A stretch of 64,000 nucleotides of DNA, taken from Octopus sinensis. Lineage: Eukaryota. The DNA is taken from positions 62,868,001 through 62,932,000 of the forward strand of contig NC_043010.1 of assembly GCF_006345805.1 (NCBI RefSeq). The letters are read 5' to 3'. This document shows, in pieces, positions 27,520 through 39,500 of the stretch (the stretch's first letter is position 1; the number at the start of each line of letters is the position of its first letter). The notes below the pieces were generated by a model. The model did no database searches. It was not told the DNA's origin and worked only from the letters and a program-made list of their open reading frames with translations. Made by a program: the position numbers and the translations under genes.

Positions 27520-28040
27520 TACGTTTTTCTTGTTTCGGGCATTTGACTGTGGCCATGCTGGAGCACTGCTTTGGAGGGTTTCTGGTCAAACAAATTGATC
27601 CCAGAACTTATTTTAAAGTCTGGTATGTATTCTATTGGGTCTCTTTTGGGATGTAAACAAACCAATACCAGTTGTCAAGCAGTGTTGGAAGACACAAACA
27701 AAAAAAAACAAAAGACACAGATGCAGTTGTGTGGTAAGATGTTTGCTTCCCAACCACATGGTTCCAGGTTCAGTCCCACTGCTAAGCACCTTGGGCAAGT
27801 GTCTTCCACTAGAGCCTTGGGCTAACCAAAGCCTTGCGAGTGAATTTGGTGAATGGAAACTGAAAGAAGCCCATTGTATAAATGTGTGTGTTGCTTGATA
27901 ATTGGTGTTGGTATGTTTCACGTAACTTAGTGGTTCAGCAAAACAGACCAGTAGAATAAGTACAGATTAGTGTTGATTTGTTCAACTAAAATTCTTTAAG
28001 GTGTTGCCCCAGCATGGCCACAGTTCAGTGACCAAAAGAA
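27520..28040. mobile_element. Family C SINE tail (-, 27520-27715) next to a full copy (+, 27715-28040)
   Basis: tgactgtggccatgctggagcactg on the left; gttgtgtggtaagatgtttgcttcccaaccacatggttccaggttcagtcccac...ccagcatggccacag on the right. Confidence 0.85.
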
Positions 28041-28490
28041 GTAAATGATATATCTATCTATTTATCTTGTTTGTAGGTTAACAAGACAACCATTGGTTTC
28101 ATGTCAAAAATTCTTAGCAATTATCAAGCTTGCCACATGGGAAATTGGCACTCACCTCCATGTAAATGATATATCTATCTATTTACGTTATTTGTGGGTT
28201 AACAAGGCTACCATTGGTTTCATGTCAAGAATTCTTAGCAATTATCAAGCTTGCCACATGGGACATTGGCACTCACTTCCATGTAAATGATATATCTATC
28301 TATTTACGTTATTTGTGGGTTAACAAGGCTACCATTGGTTCCATGTCAAGAATTCTTAGCAATTATCAATCCTGCCACATGGGACATTGGTGCTCATCTC
28401 CATTTTAGATGACTGTCTCATATGGCAGGATTGATAATTGCTGAGAATTCTCAGCAAGAAACCTATGGTTGCCTTTTTAACTTACAAATA
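28041..28490. repeat. Three tandem 121-bp units followed by an inverted copy of part of the unit
   Basis: gtaaatgatatatctatctattta at 28041, 28162, 28283; catatggcaggattgataattgctgagaattct (~28419-28451) is the reverse complement of the third unit's internal arm. Confidence 0.9.
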
Positions 28491-28549
28491 AAGAATATTT
28501 ATCCCCAATGCAGTATAGAGTGCCCATTCTCACTGCTCAATATCAGTAG

Positions 28550-29000
28550 GTGTATGTGTAGCTGTGTGGTAGGAGGTTTGTGTCTCAACCACATGGTTTT
28601 GGGATCAGTCCCACCATGTGGTAACTAGGGCAAGTGTTTTCCAAAATAGCATCAAGCAGATGAAAGCCTTATGAGTGGATTTGGTAGACAGAAACTGAGA
28701 AAAACCTGTCATATATATATATATGTATATGTATATATACACACACACACATATATATATATGTATGTATGTATATATATGTACATATTTATGTGTGTGT
28801 GTGTGTATGTCTTAGTGCATGTGTTTGTCCCCACTACCATTGCTTGACAACCAATGTTGGTGTGTTTACGTCCCCATAACTTAGCAGTTTGACAGAAGAG
28901 ACCTATAGAATAAGCACTAGGCTTACAAAGAATAAGTCTAGGGATCAATTTCTTCAAATAAAAGCAGTGCTCCTGCATGGCCACAGTTAAATGACTGAAA
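28550..29000 (+). mobile_element. Full-length family C SINE with internal microsatellite
   Basis: Head gctgtgtggtagg..., internal (TA/TG)n, tail gcatggccacagttaaatgactgaaacaagtaaaaa. Confidence 0.88.
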
Positions 29001-29022
29001 CAAGTAAAAAAATAAAAGCATA

Positions 29023-29064
<42 letters not shown>

Positions 29065-29099
29065 TGCATACACACACATGCACACATATATGTTTAGCT

Positions 29100-29285
29100 A
29101 CTACACGCATTTTTTACTCTCCTTGTTTCTCTCCTTGTTTTTTTCTGTGTATCTTCCTGTTGAAGAGCGTAGGCTCAAAACGTAAAAGACTTTTTCTATT
29201 CCTGAGCGTTATACTAATACATTTGTTTGTTTGTACTCCACCTGCCTTCGTCTTTTGTTTATTTTCGTAAAGTTTCCCTTTATAC
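29100..29285 (+). mobile_element. Family E2 terminus remnant, hammerhead motif with G12A at 29153-29188
   Basis: CTTC-CTGTTGA-A-GAGC-GTAG-GCTC-AAAA-CGTA-AAAG. Confidence 0.7.
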
Positions 29286-29308
29286 ATATACATACATATA
29301 CATACATA

Positions 29309-29371
<63 letters not shown>

Positions 29372-29539
29372 GTGTGTTTGAGGAAAGAAAACTGCGTTCC
29401 TGATTTCTTTTTTTGTATTATCTGTCTGGATATTTTGCGTTCTTGTCCCATTTTTGTATTCCTTTATATATATATATATATATAATGATAATAATAAAAA
29501 AAAAATAAAAAAAAATATATATACACATATGTATGTATA

Positions 29540-29890
29540 TGTATGTAAATCTGTGTGTGTCTTTCTGTCTATGTTTGTCCTCCACCACCATTTGACAACC
29601 GGCGTTGGTGTGTTTACATCCCAATCACTTAGCAGTTCAACAAAACAGACTGACAGAATGCATACTGGACTTAAAAGGTAAGTCTTGGGGTCGATGCAGT
29701 TGGCTAAAAATTGAAGGTGGTGCCCCAGCATGGGGGCAGTCTAATGACTGGAACAAGTAAAAGATATAAATATGAAGGGCTTCTACACAGTTTCCACCTA
29801 CCAAATTCACTCACAAGGCATTGGTTAACCTAGGGCTACCCAGAGTACCACACAGTGAGACTGAACTCAGAACCTTGTGATTACAAAGGG
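29540..29890. mobile_element. Family C SINE tail (+) and partial head (-)
   Basis: tttgacaaccggcgttggtgtgtttacatccc...gaaggtggtgccccagcatgg; accaaattcactcacaaggc. Confidence 0.75.
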
Positions 29891-30138
29891 AGCTTAACCC
29901 CCATCCTTCCACATTTCATACTGGACCTCCCTCAAGGGAATATGTTGCATGATGTTGGGCTTGGGCTCCCTCCTGGTAGGTAAAAGATAAAAGTGGGATG
30001 GTCACAGCTGGAATGCCTTTGATCGTAAGTCTCTCTGTGCAGGGATGGCCCTGGGTTAAGACAAGAAAGAACTACAACCTAACTGAGACTGCCACACCAC
30101 TGCCTATACATCCTACCACATCAGTGTTATAACTATCA

Positions 30139-30803
30139 ATGCACCACCACCACCACCACCACCACCGCCGCCACCCCACCACCACTGCTGCCACCACCAC
30201 CACAACCACCACCACCATCATGACCACTACAACCACCATAATCGCTACAGCAACTACAACCACAACTATCATTACCACAACCACAGCCACCACCACCACC
30301 ATCACTGCTACTGTAATCATCACTACTACCACCATTGCTTCAACTACCACCACCACTGCCATCACAGCCATGGCCACCATCACTGCTACCACCACCACCA
30401 CCACCGCCACCACCACCACCATGACCACTACAACTACTACCACCACTGCCATCACAGCCATGCCCACCATCACTGCTACTACCACCACCACCACCACTAC
30501 CACCACTACCATCACCATAACCACTACAACCACCATAATCGCTACAGTAACTACAACCACAACTATCACCACCACCACCGCTGCCATCACAGCCATGCCC
30601 ACCATCACTGCTACCACCATCACCACCACCACTACCACTATTATCACCAACACCTCTACCACTAGTACTACTACTACTACTTCTACTGCAATCCCACTGA
30701 CACTGTTACCAATGCTCATTCAACTACCACTGATCACACTACATCACCACTGCAACACATACCACCATTTCTGAAAGTACATGACCACCACTATTTTACC
30801 ATA

Positions 30804-30844
<41 letters not shown>

Positions 30845-30845
30845 C
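30139..30845. repeat. ACC/ACT degenerate trinucleotide block with internal duplications
   Basis: accactacaaccaccataatcgctacag occurs twice (~30222, ~30520); gives a mucin-like pseudo-ORF. Confidence 0.9.
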
Positions 30846-31139
30846 TGTGCCTGTTATGCAAATCTGGCAAAACTGGCCACCAAAGGATTAGAACCATCTC
30901 TTGTCAGATCCATAGGTGCAGGTGTGGTTGTGTGGTAAGAAGTTTGCTTCCCAACCACACAGTACCTGGTTCCATTTCAGTGTGTGGCACCTTGGACAAG
31001 TGCCTTTGGCCTTGGGCTGACCAAAGCCTTGTGGGTAGATTTGGTAGATAGAAACTGTAAGAAGCTCATAAGAGACCAGTATATATTTGTATATATACAT
31101 ATATAAATATTTATAATCTATATGTATATGTGTGTGTGT

Positions 31140-31181
<42 letters not shown>

Positions 31182-31449
31182 TGTGTGTGTGTATTGGGTT
31201 GGTGTATAACTATTGTGGCTTTTTTTCAACAAATTTTATTCAACAAAAATAATAACAACATGTAACAAAAACATCTTTAAATGATTATTCTGGAGCATAT
31301 TCACCATCTACTTCAATTACTGCTTCCCATTTGCTTGGCAGACAGTCAGACCGTCATTTAAAGATGTTTTTGTTGAATAAAATTTGTTGAATAATTTGAA
31401 TAAAATTTGTTGGAAAATAGCCGCAATAATTATGCACCAACGCAATATA

Positions 31450-32060
31450 TATCATCATCATCATCATCATCATCATTTAACGTCCGTTTTCCATGCTAGC
31501 ATGGGTTGGACGGTTCAACTGGGGTCTGGGAAGCCAGAACGCTGTGCCAGGCCCAGTCTGATCTGGCAGTGTTTCTATAGCTGGATGCCCTTCCTAACGC
31601 CAACCACTCCGAGAGTGTAGTGGGTGCTTTTTATGTGCCACCTGCACAGGTGCCAGATGAGGCTGGCAAACAGCCATGATTGGATGGTGCTTTTTACGTG
31701 CCACCGGCACGGGGGCCAGGCGAGGCTGGCAACGGCCCATCATCACCATCATCATCACCTTCATTTAACATCCGCTTTCCATGCTAGCATGGGTTGGACA
31801 ATTTGACCGAGAGCTGGCGAACCAGATGGCTGCACCAGATTCCAATCTGATCTGGCAGAGTTTCTGCAGGTGGATGCCCTTCCTAACGCCAACCACTCTG
31901 AGGGTGTAGTGGGTGTTTTTACGTGCCACCAGCATGAGGGCCAGTTAGGCGGTACTGACAACGGCCATGCTGAAGTGGTATTTTTCCCCTGCCACCTGCA
32001 CAGGAGCCAGTCCAGTGGCACTGGCAATGATATCACTTGAATGTGCTAGTAAGGTGATAC
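31450..32060 (-). mobile_element. Two tandem family D retroposons of different subfamilies
   Basis: (CAT)n tails at ~31452 and ~31740; ggttcaactggggtctgg versus atttgaccgagagctggcg variants. Confidence 0.9.
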
Positions 32061-32142
32061 TGGTTACATATATATATATATATATACATGAGTGAGTGGA
32101 CAGACGAAAGAAAGACACTCAACCAATTTATTGGGAGTTACA

Positions 32143-32291
32143 TGTATGGATCAAAATGGTTTGATTCAAATTTGTTGGTCTCTTGAGCTTCAAGCCCAAT
32201 ACTAGTCATCAGCCATTTTGAATTTAAATCAAATTCAAAATGGCTGACAGCTAGCATTGTGCCAATGAATTTGAATCAAACTGTTTTGATC

Positions 32292-32297
<6 letters not shown>
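32143..32297. mobile_element. Foldback MITE (near-complete palindrome), possible TA TSD
   Basis: tgtatggatcaaaa..gtttgattcaaatt / aatttgaatcaaac..ttttgatccataca; inner stem tcagccattttgaattt / aaattcaaaatggctga. Confidence 0.85.
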
Positions 32298-32332
<35 letters not shown>

Positions 32333-32962
32333 ATATATTAAATTAGAGATAAAACCACTATTAGGCAAATCAAACAGTGAAAAACATAAACCAAAACATA
32401 GAAATAAAATTAATTAATATAATATACAAAATATATAAAATATAAAATTCAAAATTTAAATTATTTAAATTTAAAGTTAAAATTAAAAAAAATTTTTTTA
32501 ATTAAAAATTTTTTTTAAATTTAAAAATTTATCTATACTGTAAAATTAGATTTAATCCTAAATCTAATTTTTCCCTGTAAGTTTGGATTTACTCACTATT
32601 ATTATTTATATATATATATATATATATCTACAAAAATATAGAAATATATATATATATATACACACACCACACACACATATATATATATATATATATACAC
32701 AGAAATATATATATACAGAAATATAGAAATACATATATATATATATTTAAAATTATATATATATATATATATATAAATACATAGATTTGTGGTACAACAA
32801 GGCACCAATATTCACTGGAAATAGCAGTTGATGCAATTATGATGCTATAATAAAGCTTCACTGCGTATATACTGGCAAAGACGTGTGAGTGAAACAAGCA
32901 TGAAAAATTTGTCTTACCTCTAGGAAGAACATTTGATAAATGGACAACCCAGAATCGGATAA

Positions 32963-33033
32963 TACAGTACCTAGGTTTCAGACTCTTCAAATACGTACGT
33001 CAATGTAAATTTGATCAGTCTTCATCAGCTGCA
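32963..33033 (-). ncRNA. Type I hammerhead ribozyme with intact canonical core and palindromic stem III
   Basis: TGCAG-CTGATGA-AGACTGATCAAAT-(16 nt)-ATTTGAAGAGTCT-GAAA-CCTAGG-TA|CTGTA; stem I 5 bp (one G-U), stem II 5+6 bp, ACCTAGGT palindrome; predicted cleavage between 32968 and 32967. Confidence 0.82.
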
Positions 33034-33234
33034 ATTACCTAGACAATATTTCAAATGTTGCTACATCAATGCCAGTATACTCGTTGAACGCTTAGCTGTA
33101 AACAGAATGAGAATAGTGAAAAAGTTTTCAATGAAAAATAAAATATTGCAATACAAATGTATTACTTTCCAGTAAAATAAAACACTGTAAAGGTAGACGT
33201 ATCAATATAGGGTAGTGATACAACAAGGCACCAA

Positions 33235-33565
33235 TCATCATCATCATCATCATCATCATCATTTAGCATCCGCTTTCCATGCTAGCATGGGTTGGACGGT
33301 TCAACTGGGGTCTGGGAAGGCTGCACCAGGCCCAGTCTGATCTGGCAATATTTCTATGGCTGGATGCCCTTCCTAATGCCAACCACTCCGTGAGTGTAGT
33401 GGGTGCTTTTTATGTGCCACCGGCACAAGTGCCAGATGGGGCTGGCAAACGGCCACGATCAGATGGTGCTTTTTACGTGCCACCGGCACGGGGGCCAGGC
33501 GAGGCTGGCAACGGCCACGATCGGATGGTGCTTTTTATGTGCCACCGGCACGGAGGCCCACCTGA
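33235..33565 (-). mobile_element. Family D retroposon
   Basis: (CAT)n tail, ggatgcccttcctaatgccaacc and internal ~62-bp units. Confidence 0.92.
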
Positions 33566-33660
33566 GTAAGCACATAAATATGAAACAAGGTGGAAAAAGG
33601 AGTACTCAAATACCAGAGGTAGAGTAATATGCTTTATTAAAAAGCAGCAAAAATATCGCA

Positions 33661-33706
33661 AAAACTGTTACTCAGAGTTTCACGTTCCCATTCGTCGGAC
33701 AGTTTT
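33661..33706 (-). ncRNA. Type I hammerhead-like motif, U4C core variant (family F)
   Basis: AAAACTGT-CCGACGA-ATG-GGAA-CGT-GAAA-CTC-T-GAG-TA|ACAGTTTT; 8-bp stem I. Confidence 0.65.
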
Positions 33707-33937
33707 ATTTAGAAAAAGATAAAAGTGGGATGGTCACAGCTGGAACGCCTTTGATCGTAGGTCTGTTTGTGCAGGGAAGAACTGCACAAACAGTTTAAAC
33801 AAGCAAGAACTACAACCTAACTGAAACCGCCACACCACTGCCTACACATCCCACCACATCAGTGTTATAACTATCACTGCACCACCACCACCACCATAAC
33901 CACCACCACCACCACCATCACCACCACCACCACCACC

Positions 33938-34008
33938 AAAACTGTCCAACAAACGGAAACATGAAACTTTGAGTAACAGTTTTTGTGATATTTTTGCTGC
34001 TTTTTAAT
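33938..34008 (+). mobile_element. Family F terminus, CpG-decayed hammerhead, inverted relative to 33636-33706
   Basis: AAAACTGT-CCAACAA-ACG-GAAA-CAT-GAAA-CTT-T-GAG-TA-ACAGTTTT then tgtgatatttttgctgctttttaat. Confidence 0.7.
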
Positions 34009-34382
34009 GTCATATGTGTGTGTATTTGTGGTTGTGTCTGCGTTTGTCCCTTCCCCACCTCTTGATAACTGGTGTTGGTGTGTTTATGTCCCCTGTAACT
34101 TAGTGATTCAGCTAAAATACATAAATAGATAAATAAATACTGGAACCAATTCACTCAACTAAAGACAAAATCTTTCAGGGTGATGCTCCAGTATGGCCGT
34201 CGTCCAATGACTAAAACAAGTATAACAGGAAAGAACACCAAAACCAGAATTCTGAAAACTGCTACGTATCCTTGACCTCTCACAGTAAATGCTTAACCTC
34301 TTTCACCTAACAAGAACTGGCCTTGCACTATAGGACCAGCATATAATTCTCCCAACAATAACTATTAACCCCTTTTCAAAGT

Positions 34383-34858
34383 TTAACCCTTTCATTACCA
34401 ACCTGGCTGAAACTGGCTCTGTATCTGAGTACAAATGTCTTGTTTTCATAAGTTTTGAATTAGAATTTTCCACCAAACTTTAGTCACAATTTATGTTCCT
34501 AACACTAAGCTTAATGATTACAAAGTTATTTTACTAAACTCTTTGTTATATTAAAAATTAATTGAAAGAAACACAGAGCATCTCAATAGAAATATGGTAA
34601 GAAAAGGGTTAAAATATATAATAGAGAAACAATCCTTAACCCTTTCATTACCAACCTGGCTGAAACCAGCTCTGGCTCTGTAGTACAAATGTCTTGTTTT
34701 CATAAGTTTTGAATCTTCCACCAAACCTCAGTCACAATTTATGTTCCTAACACTGGCTGAATGATTACAAAGTTATTTTACTAAATTCTTTGTTATACTT
34801 AAAGTAATTTAAAGAAACACAGAGCATCTCAACAGAAATACGGTAATGAAAGGGTTAA
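34383..34858. mobile_element. TTAA-flanked MITE dimer (family P2; monomers 34387-34608 and 34640-34854)
   Basis: Each monomer runs TTAA|CCCTTTCATTACC...GGTAA(N)GAAAGGG|TTAA-like; 23-bp spacer. Confidence 0.9.
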
Positions 34859-35198
34859 GTGAGACTCACATGGGAGTTCATTACGCCATCTCTATGTATG
34901 TTATGGAATGGCTACCTCTGTCTTGTAATCATTTTCCAACCTCTTGGTTGCTCTCTCTCTCAGTTGAGAAGGTCCTTGTCTTGCGAGCTTGTGGGTGTTG
35001 GTGCCATGGAGAAAGCACCCATCATGGTGCAACCTAGAAAGCACCCAGTACACTCTATAAAGCAGTTGTTATTAGGGAAGGGCATCCAGCCATAGAAGCA
35101 AGGAGAAAAGAGGCAAGTGGAACTTGGTGCAGCTCTCTGGTTGACCAGCTCCTGTCAAACTGTTCCAACCCATACCAGCATGGAAAATGGACATCCAC

Positions 35199-35234
<36 letters not shown>

Positions 35235-35579
35235 CCACAATGCTGCTACTGCTGCTATATGCCTACATGCTGGGCTATATTGAAAGAGAAGCCCCTACAG
35301 TGAATGACTAGAAGTCACACCCTAATACAATCTGTGCTCTGTCCCCCTTTACTATAATGGCCTCTGCTCTTTATGACAACTGATCCTCTGTCCCTTCTCA
35401 TTCTTTTGTCTACCTTTCCAGCCCAATTGCTCACTAACACTCACATTGTACCCACCATATCCAGCCCTTGTATTTAAGTATCAAGCCCAATCCTTTTTCC
35501 CCTGCCTCAGTTATGCCCCTTCCCACCCTCTTTTTGAATTCCTTCTCTGAACATGACTTTAACTTCAAAACATGACACA

Positions 35580-35650
35580 CTACCACACCTACTACTACTG
35601 TTAGGTGCACCACCACCACCACCACCACCACTACCATCACTACTGCTATA

Positions 35651-35720
<70 letters not shown>

Positions 35721-36545
35721 TCACCATGGCCACTGCTGCTGCTGCTCTTGCCATTGCCACCACCACCACCACCACCACCGCTGCTGCTACCACTACTACC
35801 ACCACCACCACCACCACCACCACCACCACCACCGCTGCTGCTACCACTACTACCACCACCACCACCACCACCACCACCACCACCACCGCTGCTGCTACCA
35901 CTACTACCACCACCACCACCACCACCACCACCTCTGCTGCTGCTGCTCCTGCTGCCACCACTACCACAATACAACAACTACTATTGCTACTACTGCTGCT
36001 GCAACCACCACCTGCATTATATCACCTACCACTACCACTCCCCTATATGCCTCTTCTCTCCCCACCACTCTTTCATTCCTGGTGTGCCTCAAGGTTCACT
36101 TTTCTCCCCCATACTATTTCCTTTTTATACACAACAAGCCCCTACCCATTCTCACCTGCTACAAATACACCCACTCACTCACACCACACATCTTTGACCT
36201 TTTAGCCTTGGCTTCAGTCATTGCACTGTGGTCATGCTGGAGCACCAATCTGAAGGGTTTCAGTGGAACACAATAAACCCAGTACATATTTTTTTTTTGT
36301 AAAAAGCTTGTTTCTTATTTGATCAGTTGCCTCTTACCGAAGGGCAAGGTGACGGGGGATGTAAACAAACCAACACACATTGCTAAGCAGTGCGGATAGG
36401 GAGTGGGGGCACAAGGACAGTCAGACAGACAGACACATGGATATATGCAACAGGCTTCTTTCTGTTTCCATCTACCAATTCCACTTACAAGGTTTATATA
36501 CATGTGTGAGTATATGCATATATGTATGTATGTATATGTATGTAT

Positions 36546-36578
<33 letters not shown>

Positions 36579-39500
36579 CTTACACACACACATATACACA
36601 TATTTATCCTGTTTTCTCATTACACCATTATATTCTACTTCACTAGAATACCACTAAAACAACACTCCATTGTTGCTATACCATTACATCACAGTTATAC
36701 TACTACACAAACAGCAGCACCACCACCACATTAGCACCCAATCCCTATACCACCCCGTTACCACCAGCTTATCATTACACCCCCACAAAGTTGCCATCCC
36801 ACACCTCTATATTTCATACCACCACCACCACCACCACCACCAGCACTACTACTACTACTACTACTACTACTACCTCTATACTACCATCATCTCCACCATT
36901 ACCACTACCACCACCACTACTACCAAGGCAACCACCACCACCACCACTACTACTACATTATCACTGCCACCACACCTACTACCACCTATACCACTATACT
37001 ACTATCACCACCATTACCACTTCCACCGCTACCACTACCACCACCACCGCTACCACTACCACTACCACCACCACCACCACAACAACAACAAACACTACTA
37101 CTACTACTACCACCATCACTACTACTATTACTACTACTACAACATTAGCCAACACCAACGCATGACCACTGTTATACCACTACTTCTGCATCATACTACC
37201 ACCAACACTAACACCAACACCACCACCACCACCACCGCCACCGCCACCAAACCATTACAGCACACCATCATCACACCACTATCTCACCACCTCCGCCTCC
37301 CCCTCCAGCACACCATCACACCATTGCCATCATCATCATCATCATCACCACTACAACACACACACACACACAGACCTCCACCTCATTCCCTCCACCCACC
37401 CATTCACCTAGCTGTCTGTACATTCAACACCCACCACCGCCACCACCACCACCACCACCATCACCACCACTACCACCGCCTCTATCTATTCTACCTCCGC
37501 TCCTCCGACTTCTCCAACGTCACCCTCTCTTTCATACGCACACACACACACACACACACATACACAAATGCGAACATTCTCAAAGCATATACAATTGCAT
37601 ACGCAAACAACACACGCACACATACACACACATATATGTGAGACATAGATTTGCACATACGCACACACGTGTACAGAGACCAGGCTGACGCAGACACATA
37701 CTTACACATAGAGAACAGACACACACATACATACACACACACACACACATCAGACATCGTATTGACAGAGATAAGGCAAACATTCACACACACACACACA
37801 CACGCATACACATTCACATGTATAAATACGTCAGCACATACATACACGCGTATGTGTATGTGTGCATATGTATGTGTTAGTGTGTGTGTGTGTGCATATG
37901 TGTGTTTGTGTGTGTGTAAGTTGACGCACAAACAGAAACACATACACAAAACACGCACAAGCACACACAGACACACACACGCTCGTAGACAGATACACTC
38001 ACACACAAACAGACACACATACACACAGTAGGAAAGCAGCATACAGCTAAATACACGCAGACGCAAACACACGCGCACGTACACATATACGCACACATAC
38101 ACATACACATGTATTCAACACGGACATACGCACACACACACACATACGCACGCATATTCACCTCCCTCCTCCCCTTCACCTAGCACCGCTCCTCCCTCCT
38201 CCCTCCTCCTCGTCATATTCTCCTTCACCTCCTCGCCGTCACCGCTGCCACACACTTCACTTCCTAAATATTTCAGCTCACCGCCGTCGTCGCCGTCGTC
38301 ACCGCCACCGCCACCACCTCCACCACTATAACGTCACCTGCTCCTCCGCCAACGTTATTGTGCTTCCCTCCTCCTCCTCCTCCCTTCTCCCACACGACAC
38401 TACTTCTCCGCCATTACCAGCAAGACTTCTTTGGCTTTTTTTTTCCCCTTTTACCCTTCTTCCTACCACCATCGCCACCACCACCACCACCACCACCACA
38501 ACACTATCACCTTCACGACCTCTATCTACATCCTCCCCATCACCACCACCACCACCATTAGTAACAACGCTAGCACAATCACCGCCACCACCACCACCAC
38601 CAACACCACCACCACCACCTCCGCTATGACAACAGCCTTCACCTACAGTCCTGCCATCTCCACCACCATCATCACCATCATCATCATTATATCCGCAAAC
38701 AACAGCGCCACTGCTGCCTCCACCACCACTTCCAGTATAGCCACCGCCACCGCTACCGTCGCCAGCATTGTAGCCGAACAGCCAAACACCACCACCGCCA
38801 CCGCCACCACCACCACCACAAACAACGCTAGCTTTGCCATCACTCCCCCCCCTTCCACCTCGTCACCTCTCTACTTCTCCTTCCCGTCGTCCCTGCACGT
38901 CACATGTCCTGTCTCCACACACCCACCCGCCCATCCGCCCTCCACCACCACCACCGCTCTTCCACCAGTCCCCCCCCTCCTCCACCTCCCTTCACCCTCG
39001 ATTCTCCCAACTTGCGTTCTTCAGCGTTTCACCCCTCCACCACCACCACCACCACCACCACCAACAATAACAACAACAACAGCAGCAGCAAAGACATCAA
39101 CAACAACAACAATAACAACACTGAACAACGCAGCCCTCTTCCTCCCCCACCCACCCCATCCCGCCACTTCCTCACCACTCACCCCTCCCACCTCTAACCC
39201 TTTGCTTTAAACGCACGCACGTTCCCCCTCCACCTCTCACTCTCCCCACCCCACGTCACATGTCAATTCTTCCCGGCCCCCCCACCCCGACCGCTTCCAC
39301 CCTCACCACCACCACCACCTTCCACCACCGACATCTCACTTCACCTCCACCACCGCCACCAGCTCCACCACCACCGTGTCTTTTCTCTACATTAGATCTT
39401 CAGTTCATACACCCTTTTACTTCACCCACCACCATAACAAACACACACACACACACACACATACACATACATACATTCATGCATACACACACATACATAT

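Noticed and set aside
28041-28403. Regular repeats suggestive of a CRISPR array
   Set aside because: The units are contiguous 121-bp tandem copies with no unique spacers, in eukaryotic DNA
30139-30774. Mucin-like Thr-rich 211-aa ORF
   Set aside because: It is an ACC/ACT repeat with internal duplications and an equally open antisense frame
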